A stretch of DNA of 63,286 bases, counting the filler, from Octopus bimaculoides (lineage: Eukaryota): NCBI RefSeq assembly GCF_001194135.2. It is 6 parts of 4 records of this genome, joined end to end, with 100 filler letters (N's around TTAATTAATTAA, not from the genome) between each part and the next. Parts side by side here need not be neighbours in the genome. Positions count along the whole stretch, not along the records: positions 1 to 18,377 come from NC_068982.1; positions 18,478 to 34,700 come from NC_069004.1; 4 more parts are not named here. One strand, written 5' to 3'. How positions within the stretch are numbered: position 1 is the first letter of the stretch; every line of letters starts with the position of its first letter. Shown in pieces: positions 14,620-27,500 of this stretch. The notes under the pieces were generated by a model. It saw nothing but the letters and a program-made list of their open reading frames with translations, was not told the DNA's origin and did not search any database. Both the position numbers and the translations under genes were made by a program.

Positions 14620-15247
14620 AGCTGCAATCAGCTAGGATTGCATTATCGGGAATAGCTCATCCTGTAGATTCACAGTTTGACATCATGGACGGCTATCCTA
14701 GATCAAAACCTCTTCTCCTGAAAGCCCTGCTTATTGGTAGGTACTTAATTAGTATAAACCACCTCGATGCCAGAATCATCCTGAGCGCTAGAATATCAGT
14801 CCTGACTCACAACGATTACTTGTGGGTGAAGAAAGAAGACGATCTTCGGATCACGGACCCTATGGAAAGCTACAAGGAGACTGCAATTGCAGACTTCAGT
14901 GGGTTATTTACTGGGGTTACTCAAGAAACGTATATTCCCACACAGGTCGGCCCTTTACTGAGACAACGTCCTGCCAATCTCAAGCCTAATTGAACGGCCA
15001 CTGCACGGAAAAGCTTAGGTAGGAACTGATAAAGATATTCAAATGATTCGGACTGTCTGTACCAGTTACGAAGAACTTGACCCTGTCGGTTTTGTAGACA
15101 TGATTCTAGAGCTGACAACTGGCAAGTAAAGTAGAATCTCCGTTTTCGAACAATTCTGACCATGTATAAATCGTACTTTATCTCCTGTCTTTCTTATATT
15201 CATTTAATATTGTAGTACCTCGGTTTACGAACGCCACTGATCACGAA

Positions 15248-15294
<47 letters not shown>

Positions 15295-16060
15295 ATATAT
15301 ATATATATANNNNNNNNNNNNNNNNNNNNNNNNNNNNNNNNNNNNNNNNNNNNNNNNNNNNNNNNNNNNNNNNNNNNNNNNNNNNNNNNNNNNNNNNNNN
15401 NNNNNNNNNNNNNNNNNNNNNNNNNNNNNNNNNNNNNNNNNNNNNNNNNNNNNNNNNNNNNNNNNNNNNNNNNNNNNNNNAATTGCTACCTTGCTGTAAT
15501 TAGAAATCTAGTTTCAGATATTAGCAGAAGAATAAGCCTTCATCCCAGACAGAGATCAACAGAGCCACCTCCCTAAGTACAATTACGCATTACCGGTTAC
15601 CTTATTTGGAAGGACCCCAACCTCTATCTCGCACCTGATGTCCCCAGTAAAGTAGCTGGGAACTTCCTGCCGTTGATTTAGAAGTATTTCCTCACCGTCC
15701 ATTAGGACTATAAGCTTTTCAACCCATATAACTCAAAGGTGAGCTCTTCTGCTTCTAATATTTATTGCACACTGCCATCCTGCACGCTCTCGTCTAATGT
15801 TCAAGCATTGCTGACTTATGGGTATAAGTAGACCATCTGTTGTCACATGTAGCACGGATCTGGCTATCAGCTGTGTCTATCGTAAAGATCGTTCCACCTC
15901 CTTCCTTTTGTCGGGAAGGGCAAGCAATGTTTATTTGCTTGGCAGCCTTAGAGAAAGAGGTTGTGAGGTGAACCGGATTGAAAGTATTGAAGGCAGATAC
16001 TGTCCCCTTTAGCCAAGCGGCATCAACTTTTTCGAGTTTCATTTGAATAGGAAAGTGAGG
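14620..16060 (+). mobile_element. Possible highly decayed L1/Tx1-like reverse transcriptase region
   Basis: Complex, relatively GC-balanced sequence with spaced remnants HGKA*VGTD, WKDPN and GRYCPL*P (compare RQGCPLSP). Many stops and frameshifts, and interrupted by a gap. Confidence 0.33.
15209..15248 (+). mobile_element. Possible Tigger-like terminal inverted repeat
   Basis: GTAGTACCTCGGTTTACGAAC resembles Tigger-type ends. It is followed by (CTAT)n and a gap, so no partner end is visible. Confidence 0.4.
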
Positions 16061-16802
16061 GTAGAATATGAAATACTCTCTCCCAACAATTTTGATGAAA
16101 GGTAGGTGAACGTAACAGGGTACGTGAATGGTCCGAATGAATGGGCCTAATGTAAGCGTTGGATAAATATCTGAGGAAGAGAGAACTAGATCTTCCTATT
16201 TGATTTTCGTATTTCTTACTAATGAATCAAGTTATATTACTCGATCGTAAAATCTGTAATAAAATGAATTTTAGTTGTGTACAAATAATATTTTTCGTTT
16301 ATTATTTTCATAGCTCAAAGCATTCTACCCTAAGTATCTCAAGAACAGATGCACACGCAGCTAGTATTTTGTGAGCTTTCATTATTACAATTTTAAATAT
16401 AAAAATATATCGAGAATATTTTAAATAATTTTATAGTATTTTCATACAGATTTTATTGTTGGAATTTAACAGTTTTCTGATTTATCATTGACTCACATAA
16501 ATACGCTATATCTATAAAATATCATAAAAGCCTCTAGTCATTAAGATACAATTATTAATAAATCTAATACCTTTTCGAAAGGAGATAGAAATAAGCGAAG
16601 ATAATGATAAAGAGATAAGATCGGATCTTTATCTTATGGTTTGAATTTATTTCCCAAAATATATTTTTGAATATTATTTCTGATTAATACATCGTTTTAG
16701 TGGACAGCCTAACACATTTTTGATGAGGATAATAATATTTAAAAAAGATTAGAAACAGGATTTCAAGGATAAGTAATATGTCTTAAATTTTCTACGAGTT
16801 AA

Positions 16803-17535
16803 TATTATTATTATTATTCCGTTGTGGTTTGCTGTGGAGCTCTTATTTTCACTGTACTGAAAGTATTTTACGTAGGATGTATGCAGTAACTAATAGTGCT
16901 ATTTTCTGTATGGTATAAATACTTATTAGTCCTGATGTTTTTGTTATGTATTTGTCTGAAGGATTTTTTTTTTACCACATCTAATGCGCGTTTATAATTG
17001 CTCAGTTTTGGTAGGTCTTGACAGATAAGTTTATTTTGATTGGGACAGTCATATCAATTGGGAGGTATGATTTTTGTCTCAAGTCTTTCAATATAATGTC
17101 TGGCCTATCTGCATCTATCTTTCTGTCAGTTTGAATGGTGGAGTTCCAGAGGAGTGAGATGTGATCACTTTCAAGCACTAGAAGTGCTTTGTGTGTCCCA
17201 CCAGTTTTTTCTCATGGGGCAGGTCCAGGTTGTTGCTAATTACCCAGTGAATATATTGTACAGCTCTATCATGCCTGTTGAGATACTCTATAGGTGCAAG
17301 AAGACTGCACATGGAGACAACATGATCAATTCATTTCGTTGTTAACATACACGACATGTTGGGAAGCTACCTTTCTTTAATATGTTGGCCTGGTAGTTTC
17401 TTGTAGGTAAGCATTAATCTTGGGCTGCTATGACGAAGTCTTCGGTTTCTGGTTTTAAGCCAGTAGCCATTAGCCATTGATGGGTAAGGGCTTTGTCAAC
17501 ATCGGCATTATTAGCTCTCTTTGCAAATTTTCTTG
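16803..17535 (-). mobile_element. R4/Dong-like RLE non-LTR retrotransposon, 5'-truncated and degenerate
   Basis: Minus-strand remnants RANNADVDKALTHQWLMATGLKPETEDFVIAAQD, then zinc-knuckle and endonuclease-region similarity, ending in a (TAA)n tail. Confidence 0.8.
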
Positions 17536-17587
17536 CCATTTATCAGTAAGAGTATCTATTATTATTGTTATTATTATTATTATTATT

Positions 17588-18145
17588 GAGTGACAGAGCA
17601 GTGCATGCCATCAAAGTAAAACTGGGGTAAAATATACGAAGCCCATTATACCCATCATGACTACCCGTCTGGTAAGGGTACACCAGACACATGCATCACA
17701 ACCATATGTGCACGACATGGTGATCTCATATCAAGATAAACAGCGCAGGACCTCGCAGGTGGGGCCCAGTTAGAATTTTCTTCAGGTCGAGTAGCCCATC
17801 CCGCTCCAAAGGTCCCAGAATAAGGGTTGTTTAAGGATGTTGAGCAAAACACCCATGTTTCCAAAGGTGAATTATTGAAACCCAAAAGAATTCCTCTCAA
17901 CAAATGGCTATGATGCACCCCCACTACTTCTGCTCATGATCAGAGATGCACTGATCGTCAGCCACCAAGGGATATGCTCAACTGATTAAAGTCAAACAAC
18001 TGACAAGCAAATCTGTGGTATTAAGCAGAATATTTGCTGTAGCCTATTTTTTTTACCAAGACAAATCAATGTACATGATAACACTTCCAGTCAATTAAGA
18101 TCAGAAGCCATGAGAGCCACTGCCTGGTACTGCATCCGGGCATTT
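17588..18145 (-). mobile_element. ~560-bp interspersed element bounded by (TAA)n on both sides, possibly a non-autonomous partner of the Dong-like LINEs
   Basis: Non-low-complexity block bracketed by TTA runs between two RLE-LINE fragments. Repeat status and class come from recall and inference, not from a second copy in this window. Confidence 0.5.
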
Positions 18146-18171
18146 ATTGTTATTATTATTATTATTATTAT

Positions 18172-18377
18172 TGTTCAGTAGTTTTATTTTTATAACGTGC
18201 TTTCACTTCACTACCGAGCGCAGCTCTGTGTGCCTTGGGTATGTGCTGTGGCTTGGTGTGGTGCTCTTATGTTTACTGTATTGAAAGTGTTTTGCGTAGA
18301 ATGTGTGCAGTACCTAGTAGTGCAATTTTCTGTATGTTATATATATTTGTAAGTCCTGGTGTTTTTGTTATGTATTT
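18172..18377 (-). mobile_element. Young R4/Dong-like 3' end, truncated by an assembly gap
   Basis: About 4 mismatches in ~205 bp versus 60875-61080. Encodes NIQKIALLGTAHILRKTLSIQ* and has a (TAA)n tail. Confidence 0.88.
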
Positions 18378-18477
18378 NNNNNNNNNNNNNNNNNNNNNNN
18401 NNNNNNNNNNNNNNNNNNNNNTTAATTAATTAANNNNNNNNNNNNNNNNNNNNNNNNNNNNNNNNNNNNNNNNNNNN
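18378..18477. other. Unsized scaffold gap: 44 N + TTAATTAATTAA + 44 N
   Basis: The same 100-bp construct recurs with the 12-mer at 34745, 46030, 54887 and 61277. It is an artificial six-frame-stop linker, not biology. Confidence 0.95.
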
Positions 18478-18844
18478 CCAGTGTCTCTCCTGGCACGGTT
18501 TCTATGACTGGATGCCCTTCCTAACGCCAACTGCTTCACACGATACACTGCGGGGGTGGGGGGGACTTCGTTTTTTTTTTTTTTTGCAGAACCGGCCCTA
18601 CCAAGGTTACCGAGTAATTTGCAAGACCAAAACAAAGCCTACACAACTGAATAGTTGTGAAGCAGAGATGAGGAGACAGAGCGAATCAGTGTGTGTGTTT
18701 GAATAGAGAGGGTGACTGGCTAAGTGGCCACGGAATTTGGTCCATGATTATAAGGCCATAAGATTGATCCTTGGTGGTGCATTGTGCTCTTGAGCAATAC
18801 TCTTTATTTCACATAGCTCAGATCCATTCAGCTGGTCAATGCCA

Positions 18845-19052
18845 GTACTGCTTGACTGGCCCTCATGCCAGTGGCACGTGAAAAGCACCCACTACACTCT
18901 CGGAGTGGTCGGCATTAGGAAGGGCATCCAGCTGTAGAAACTTTGCCAGATTAGATTGAAGCCTGGTACAGCCTTCTGGCTTACTAGCCCTCATGTAAAA
19001 CTGTCCAACCCATACCAGTAAAGAAAGTGGACGTTAAATGATGATGATGATG
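18845..19052 (+). mobile_element. SINE family C (GGCATTAGGAAGGGCATCCAGC core, (ATG)n tail)
   Basis: Same core seen at 32455-32735 (+) and 18478-18560 (-). Confidence 0.75.
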
Positions 19053-19060
19053 ATATATAC

Positions 19061-19215
19061 ACAAAGGGCTTCTTTCAGTTTCTATCTTCCAAATCTACTC
19101 ACAAGGTATTGGTTAGCCCGAAGATATAGTCAGAGGCACTTGCCCAAGGTGGCATGTAGAGGGACTGAACCCAGAACCATGTGGTCTGGAAGCAAGCTTC
19201 TTAGCTACACAGCCA
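19061..19215 (-). mobile_element. SINE family B (tRNA-like head plus CORE-like CACCTTGGGCAAGTG segment), 5' module
   Basis: Reverse complement of 19726-19869, 36783-36945 and similar copies. Possibly the octopus OR-type CORE-SINE (not verified). Confidence 0.85.
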
Positions 19216-19430
19216 TGACTGCTGTCTTTCTTTACATGATTTATACGTCTGACCTCTGTCCCCTCTTCTGCCCACTTTCTAACCAAGTTGAGGTGCACTT
19301 GAACACCACATACAATAAGCACAGTGTTATTATTATCTTTAAAGAAAGGAGGCTAGAGAAAGATAGACAGTGAGAGAGGAAGAGAGAGAGAGATAGAGAG
19401 AGAGAGGAAGACAGGTATATATAAGCCAAC

Positions 19431-19656
19431 CTTGAGATTTAGCAATGAGTTGAGCGCGACACTCGTCTCGACTGAGTCTGGTCAAGGCAATTGCTGCTTT
19501 CTGTAGAACTCGTTCACAGGCGGCTATTTCAACAGCACTTCTAAAGGACGACGGTTCTTCATGGAGGTAGTTTAGCAGTATGTCTATGCCATTCTGTCTT
19601 GAGATTTCGGCTTGGCATGATTCCATCACAGCCATATTTGCAAGGATACTGGCAAC
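19431..19656 (-). CDS. INSC: INSC exon (226 bp): VASILANMAVMESCQAEISRQNG...ACERVLQKAAIALTRLSRDECRAQLIAKSQ(G)
   Basis: cccgcag acceptor. The likely donor, CAAG|GTTGGC, is weak, so the 3' boundary is less certain. Confidence 0.92.
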
Positions 19657-20107
19657 CTGCGGGAAGTAAGAATAAGGAATAAATAAACAAATAAACAAAA
19701 CCCCCAAATAAATAAATTTACGGGGTTGAGAAACTTGCTTCCAAACCATGTGGTCTTTGATTCAGTCCCACTGTGTAGCACCTTGGGCAAGTGTCTTCTG
19801 CTATAGCCTTGGGCTGACCAAAGCCTTGTGAGTGGATTTGGTAGACGGAAACTGAAAGAAGCCCATTGTATATATGTGTGTGTGTGTGTGTGAGCACGTG
19901 TGTATGTGCATGTGTGTATATGTTTGTATATGTGTGTGTGAGCACGTGTGTACATATATGTATGTGTAAACGTGTATGTGTGTGTGTGTATGCATGTATA
20001 TGTGGGTACGTGGTGTGTGTTCATATTTGAGTGTGCATGTACATGTGTATTTGTATTTGTGTATGGGTGTGTGAGCATGTGTACACATGTATGTGGATAT
20101 ATCTGTA

Positions 20108-20146
<39 letters not shown>

Positions 20147-23100
20147 GCACATTTTGGTACATGTATGCATGTGTGTGTGTGTGTGTGTGTGTGTGTTTGT
20201 GTGTGTGTGTGATAGCACATGCATACATGTATGTGTGTATATGTGAAGTTAAGTCAAAAATTATCCACGCTTTCACCATAACATATCTTTATTATAGTGG
20301 ATAATTTTTGACTTCCCCTCATACGTGTGTTTATGCAAGTAATTTCAAAGCTGATGGCTAGAACTTCCATCTCCTACACAAATTATTCCAAGACAAAAAA
20401 ACAAAGAAAAGAAGAAAAATAAATAAAAAAAAGGAAGAATGGTACCTCACCTGGTCTTTAGCGAAAATGGTTGTAGCTTTGTTAAGTAAGCAACACTGCA
20501 GGAGAACGGACGGTGCCTTTAAGTAGAGGAGGATATCGGAGGCGTTGCTGTCCATGAAGGTGATGTTGGCGATGGCAGCGGAGGCCAGAAGGAACACTTC
20601 ATTGGATATGGCAGTGTGACAGAGATCTGCAAGAATGGACCACGGAATAAGGAATCAGAATGATGTTGAAGTAGTGTTGGCGGTAGTAGGGAGTGGTTGT
20701 GAAAATAGTATAGGTTGCAAAGTAGTTGTTGAGATAATGATGATAGTAATAAACAATATCATTTTAAGGTGGCAGAGAGTGGCCTTGTGGTTAGGGCATT
20801 GCACTCATGATCATGAGGGTGTGGTTTCAATTCCTGGACCGGGCAGTGCATTGTGTTCTTGAGCATAATGCTTCATCTCATGTAGCATCAATTGCAGGAT
20901 TAGTTTGACACCTGACGTGTGGCACACCATACACCTGTACAGGCAATGCTTGCTTTGATGGAGGGAGTGAGCTTTTCTGTGGCACATCCAATATGATCAC
21001 TAAAATCAAATTATTTGTGCAGATAGTTGAACAAGATATTGGTGGAACCCTCATCTGTTGTCTATGACATGAAAGACCACAAACCACCTTAAATATGGGC
21101 ACAATCGATAATTACCCAGGAGTCACATGCATCTAAGGAGGCCTATGCATTTAGAGACCCAATATCAATTGACATATATTAGGAAAGATTAGTAACAAGA
21201 AGAGTTTTCAGCTTTAAAAAGACAATGCCTCAGTAATGTGTATTCCTTTAACCCATGCTAGCAATGAAAAACAGATGTAAAACAAATGCAAAGGAGCTAT
21301 CATCCTCAGGGATGGTGGTCCTAGAAAAGTAATTGTTCAACTAATTAAATAACTTACTAATTAACCAGTTCAAATTAACAAGTGTTTCTCACCTATTAAG
21401 GTCTTCAGTAAGTCGTTCATGTTGTCGATGAGTCCAACCATAGGTAAGTGATGTTCGTGGGCGGGTGACGTGGCTTGAGCAACTACTCCTGCTGCTTCTC
21501 CTCGCACCTCTTCACCCTGGGCTTTGTCTGATAAAATGTCTGTCAAACATTCCAGGCCACCTACCTGCAAATATATCAGAAAAGAAAAAAAAAAAACCAT
21601 TAAGTTGTTTGTGAGTTTAATTTAATCCTTTAAACACCAACCCATCTGAGACAAACACTTGCGTTAGGATACAAGCTTCTTCTCTTGAAGTATGAGCACA
21701 GTTATGTGATGTCACATGGGTGCCTTTATGTGGCCATAAGAGCTTTACACAACCAGAATGGTAAACCAATGACAGTTGTTAAAAATAAATGTTTGGATGG
21801 CATCTGTTTACCTTTTCCAGTTCTTGTATACTTTCTGGAATGCAACATATGGTAGAAATGGCTCTCAATGCTTGCGCTCGTACTTTTAGTAATGTTTCCA
21901 TGTTGCATATGTTAAATAAGGACAGCATCACACCTTCCTGCAACGATAGAACAGAGATATGTCACCTGTCTGACAAACACACAATCACACACAGGTAATT
22001 TTGTTATGGTTCTGAGAAGGATTCAGCAATATGGGAGCCCCTATAAAGTCACTTGACTGTCTAGAAATAGCAGCTCCACAATCACATCTTAGTATTTAAT
22101 TAAAAAAAAAAGAAAAAAAAAAAAAGAAGAAAACCAAAGATGCACTGGACTGTTTTAAGTAAAAATAGGGCCAGGGAAGGGGTCAGCAAAACCAGGTCTT
22201 CTTGTTGTTTAAGATCAGATCAGCTCTGACAAAGAATAGTCAAAAAGCATTCCAGTTATGATNNNNNNNNNNNNNNNNNNNNNNNNNNNNNNNNNNNNNN
22301 NNNNNNNNNNNNNNNNNNNNNNNNNNNNNNNNNNNNNNNNNNNNNNNNNNNNNNNNNNNNNNNNNNNNNNNNNNNNNNNNNNNNNNNNNNNNNNNNNNNN
22401 NNNNNGGTGGTGGTGGTTGTGGTGGTGGTGGTGGTGGTGGTGGTGGTGGCCTGTAGAGTTAGAGAATCAGACTTACCCGTACAAGGATGTAACACATGTG
22501 ATCTCCCTCCATTCCAAGACTGATGACATCACTAATGGCCAGCAACAGGTTTCGGACATCAGCAGTGAGTTCCAGACCAAACACTATAGTCTGTGGATAA
22601 TAAATAGACAGAGAGAGAGAGAGAGAGAGAGTGAGTGAGAGAGAGAAGAGAAAGGAGAGAAGATGGTTAATAGGTTAAAGAGAGTCGAAATGGCTACTAA
22701 AGTAAAGACAAACAGAGACAGACAGATATACGTATGTTTAAAGACAAGCATAGACATCCACAAAGATATATATACAATCAATATGTGTGCGCACATGTGT
22801 GTGTGTGTGTGTGTGTGTGTAGTAAGTAGAGTTGAAGAAAACGGGTCCTTAGGAATAACTATGCACCTCCCTCTTTGTTGTAACCAGAAACTGACAAATT
22901 GAAATTCAGCCAGAAAGAAGGACTCACCTGTACCAGGAGTCCAAGAGCCAAGTCAACAAACCGACTGAATGACTCGCCCAAGTAAACCAGTTGGTTGATC
23001 AGGGGTACCCTTGCTGTTTTACCTCGGGTGGACATGTACACACTGAAATAGAATGGATAGGACGCGGTTAAATAAAGGTCAACAATATTAAGTAACAATA

Positions 23101-24212
23101 GTAAGAGTGATACAAGGATTCTGGAAGAGAGGGGTGAAGTAGAGAAAGAAACACACACACACACGATATATATATATATATACATATATAATATATATAT
23201 ACTTGTGAGAAAATGTGGTATGTTCGTCTGAAATCATAAATGTAAGGAATGGGTATAAATGATAAGACACATGATAAATGTAATAAAGAAACTAAAAGAA
23301 AAGTTAGCCCTCGTCAGCTGTATATCAAGGGATTATGGCAGTTTCATGCATCAGACAGAACTGCATAATTTAGGTGGAGAGGTAACACCAGCCAAAACTG
23401 AAAAAAACATGTAGTTGAGTTTTAGCGACTGGAATGGAGAAAGTAGAAAGATATGAGAAGGACTTACAGTAGAATTAAATATAACATGATTTTTATGATA
23501 AAAATGAAATATTAGTTGATTACAATAGAAATAATTCATTTGAGTACACTTCATAGTATTGTGCCAAATGTTCTTTCTAATAAAAGCTAATTGTGTATTC
23601 AATAATAATGTTGCAGATTGAGGAACAGCTTTGACATCAATTTGTCTGCTGGTGTCTTAACCATTTATGGAAACTGGAATCATCACACCATTACTAGACT
23701 CATCATACAATAACCCCCTATGTATAATAACCACTCCAAGGACAACAGATGATGATTTAAAACTTCTTAATATATTGGAGAGCAGGTAAGTAACTAAAGG
23801 GGGTTAATTGTCCTAGGGGGTAGTTGTTGTCGTGAGAGGGTAGTTGTTGTCGTGAGGGCGGGGGTTNNNNNNNNNNNNNNNNNNNNNNNNNNNNNNNNNN
23901 NNNNNNNNNNNNNNNNNNNNNNNNNNNNNNNNNNNNNNNNNNNNNNNNNNNNNNNNNNNNNNNNNGGGGTAATTGTGCCAATATTTAACTGACAGAAGGA
24001 AAATTTTTTCTTCTGAGTAGTAATAATTTTTTTAGTAAAAATGACCTCCAAAATTATTGGCTCTTGTGTTTGTGGTTACTTTGAAGGATTTTAACTTCAG
24101 TCGAAAGTGATGACAATTTTAAACAAGCTTGGATTTCATAGGTATATATATGTATATATATATGTATGTACATATATACGTATTTATATGTATGTGTATA
24201 TGTATATATATG

Positions 24213-24244
<32 letters not shown>

Positions 24245-24456
24245 CATGTGTGCGTGTGTGTGTAAATGTATTTATATGTATGTGTATGTGTGTGTATGTA
24301 TATATGAATGTTCATATAAGGATGTGACAGTAGTGATGACAATATTAAAGAACAGAATGCGTAGAAACTCACCTTTCAACTCTTTGAGCAAGCTTGGCAC
24401 ATTCCCCCATCACAACCTCTTGTTGCTGAATAATAAAGAATATAGGTATATATATG

Positions 24457-24514
<58 letters not shown>

Positions 24515-27500
24515 CTTTATTGCTCACAGGGGTCTAAACACAGAAGGGACAAACAAAGGGATAAAGTCGATTACATCGACCCCAGTGCGTAACTGGTACT
24601 TATTTAATCAACCCCGAAAGGATAAAAGGCAAAGCCGACCTTGGTGGAATTTGAACTCAGAATGTAACGAAAAACGAAATACCACTAAGTATTTCGCCTG
24701 GCGTGCTAACAATTCTGCCAGCTCGCTGCCCTAACACACACACACACACACACACACATATGTATATATACATATATATATGCACACACATTCTCATACA
24801 TACATATGTATGGATACATGTTCATGTTATATATTTTGCAGCAGGTGATAAGTTTAAAACATTGAGATTAGCTGATATTAGTTATCACCAAAATTCACAA
24901 TAACAAAACAAATATGAAAATATAAATTTAAAAAAAAAAAAAAAACTCAGCTAAAAAAAAAAATTCCTCAAGTTTTTTCCCATGGCAACTTCCTTGATCA
25001 AAGTATTTGACAATCCTTGATATATCCAAAATTCCAAAATTGCCGAAATTACTAGAATCACTGGAATGGAATGTCACCTGTCACTTTTGGCAGCTGTACA
25101 GATTAATTCCTCTCAAGAACCACTGCGATTATCAAAAGGTGATGAAGGTTAAAAGTTTTAAATTTGGATGTGAGTATATATTGGAGACGGGAGGGTAGGG
25201 TGATTTTTGTTGTTGTTGTTGTTAATAACACTATTTCTTCTAGGCACTTGATGTAGGCCTACATGTTGAGGCCATGTGGGAAGATGAATGGAAGCATAAC
25301 ATCCACATCATTAGTGATGTCTCCAAACACCATGATGTTCACTGGATGTTTGATTTTTATCACTCTCGGTACATGTCTTCAGATTGACACCCAAACACTC
25401 GTATTGGAGCTTCTGGCATGAATGCCAAGCAGTAAAGCATGTCGTTTCCAAATTTCTGGCAGAGTGAATTGTGTCTGAATTGTGTCATGGTACTGTTTTT
25501 CTCACAGATGGTGCCCAACTAACCCTACTATACTGTGTAGTCAACAAAATCAAAAACAAACAATACACATGCGTGAAATCAAAAATATAAAATGGCGACA
25601 ATTTACCCATCGCATTCTGTATATACATTTACACACACACGCGCACACACATACACACACACTCACACACGCATTCATACACACACACACACACACACAC
25701 ACACATGCAGCATCAGTGTCCCTCAGGTTGCAGAGAACCAGTGCATTCCTACATACATATATATATAACATTTACTCTTATTTTTCTTCTTTACAAATTT
25801 TTATCCCTGCTAATTAATATGGATATGAGTCTTCATTAGAGCAAATAATATTTTTTTTTCTTTCCGTTGCTTTTTCCCAGCTGGTTTTTTTAAACACCTG
25901 TAATGACCTATTAACACTGGGGTGACCTTTTAACACCTGAATGACCTTTAAGCAAGGTCAAGGAGTGGAAGGAAAACCAGTTTGTTGAACTTCGTTAAGC
26001 TGTGGTAAGCAGAATTTATGTGCTATGACCAGGTAGGTAAAACACAGACGTGAAGTGAAATAGTTTGTTTTGAAACTACATGATTCCAGGTTCAATACCA
26101 CTGTGGCATTGAAGATATGTGCTCAAGGTGTCATGCATTGGGAACAAACCTGAAACCACCTTTTTAACCATATACTCACACCTGTACATATACACACCTG
26201 TACATATACACTGGTATTCAATAATTATGAAAATGTAAAGGAAATTAAAGATAGAATGATGGAGAGAGAGAGAGAGAGAAAGAGAGACGAAAAGAAAGAG
26301 GTAAGAGAAAGGGAGGGAGACAAGGAGAGAGACAGAGAGATATGAGGAGAAAGAGGATAAGAGAGAGGGAGAGAGACAAGGAGAAAGAAAGCAAGAGAGA
26401 GGGTGGGAGAAAGAGGTCAAGAGTGGGTGAGTAAAAGAGAGAGGTGAGAGAGAGAGAGAGAGAGCAAGAGAGAATGAGAACAAGTGAAAGGTGGGGGTGA
26501 TAGATGGAGAGCAAGAGTGAGGGTAGGAGGGAGAGTGAGAGAACAAAAGAGAAGGGGAGAGAATGAGAGAGAAAGAAGAGAGGGAGAGAGATAATAGATA
26601 TATAAGAGAGAGAAGGAGGGTGAGTGAGAAAGAGCATAAGAAAAGGAAGAACAACGATTGAGAGAGAGAAGGGGAGGAGGAGAGAAATAGAAGGAAAGAG
26701 AAAGAGGAAGGAGAGGAAAAGAGAGAAGGGGAGAGAGAGAGGGATAGAGAGAAAAAGAGAGAGAGAGAGATTGAAGTTTGTCACTCACCTGAACGAAATG
26801 AGCTGGTGGTTCACAAATGTGTTTGTTGCATTCTTGGATGAGGAATCGGATGTGACAGGTGACATCAACTGTAAGGTCACTTAGGAATGGCCAGTTTTCA
26901 GTATCAACGCATCTACAGGAGGAGGAGGAGGAGAACATAGAAGAAGAGTAACAAATGGCTACTGAGTGACTGATTTATGAACTGAGCAACAATAATAAGG
27001 AAAGCTGAAAATATTGGTTCAAGTTTGGACATTGATGAACAGGTTTGGTAAAAACAAGACCCTGGATGTTTTTCAGAAAATAAATATGAAATAAACCTTT
27101 AGCATGCTGTAGGCACATCATGTCACCATATGAGTTTTTTCCCCTCTCAATGTGACACAATGCACATGCAGCTATAAATTAGAAAAAAAAGTGTGCTGCA
27201 GGTTAAAGAAAAATAAACAAATAAATAAGCAATGTAGAAGTTATAGATCAAAATTGGTTATGGCATACATGTGTGTGTGTGTGTGTGTGTGTTTGCGTGT
27301 GTGAGTTTTGAATGTCTGTCATAACCACATCAATATAATTGTTTTAGTTTTAGCACAAAATTTCAGATGAAACAAGCAGAAGTGTGAAATTAATAATAAT
27401 GTTTTAACATGTGGTTACGTAATCCTGGCAGTAATTTTCTGAAACACGTGTATGCCTATAAAGCATAAAACACCATGTTTTCTCCATTTTATTAATAGCA

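Noticed and set aside
18422-18433. Palindromic TTAATTAATTAA repeated five times in the window
   Set aside because: It is always centred in exactly 44+44 N, so it is a scaffolding linker with stops in all frames, not a genomic motif.
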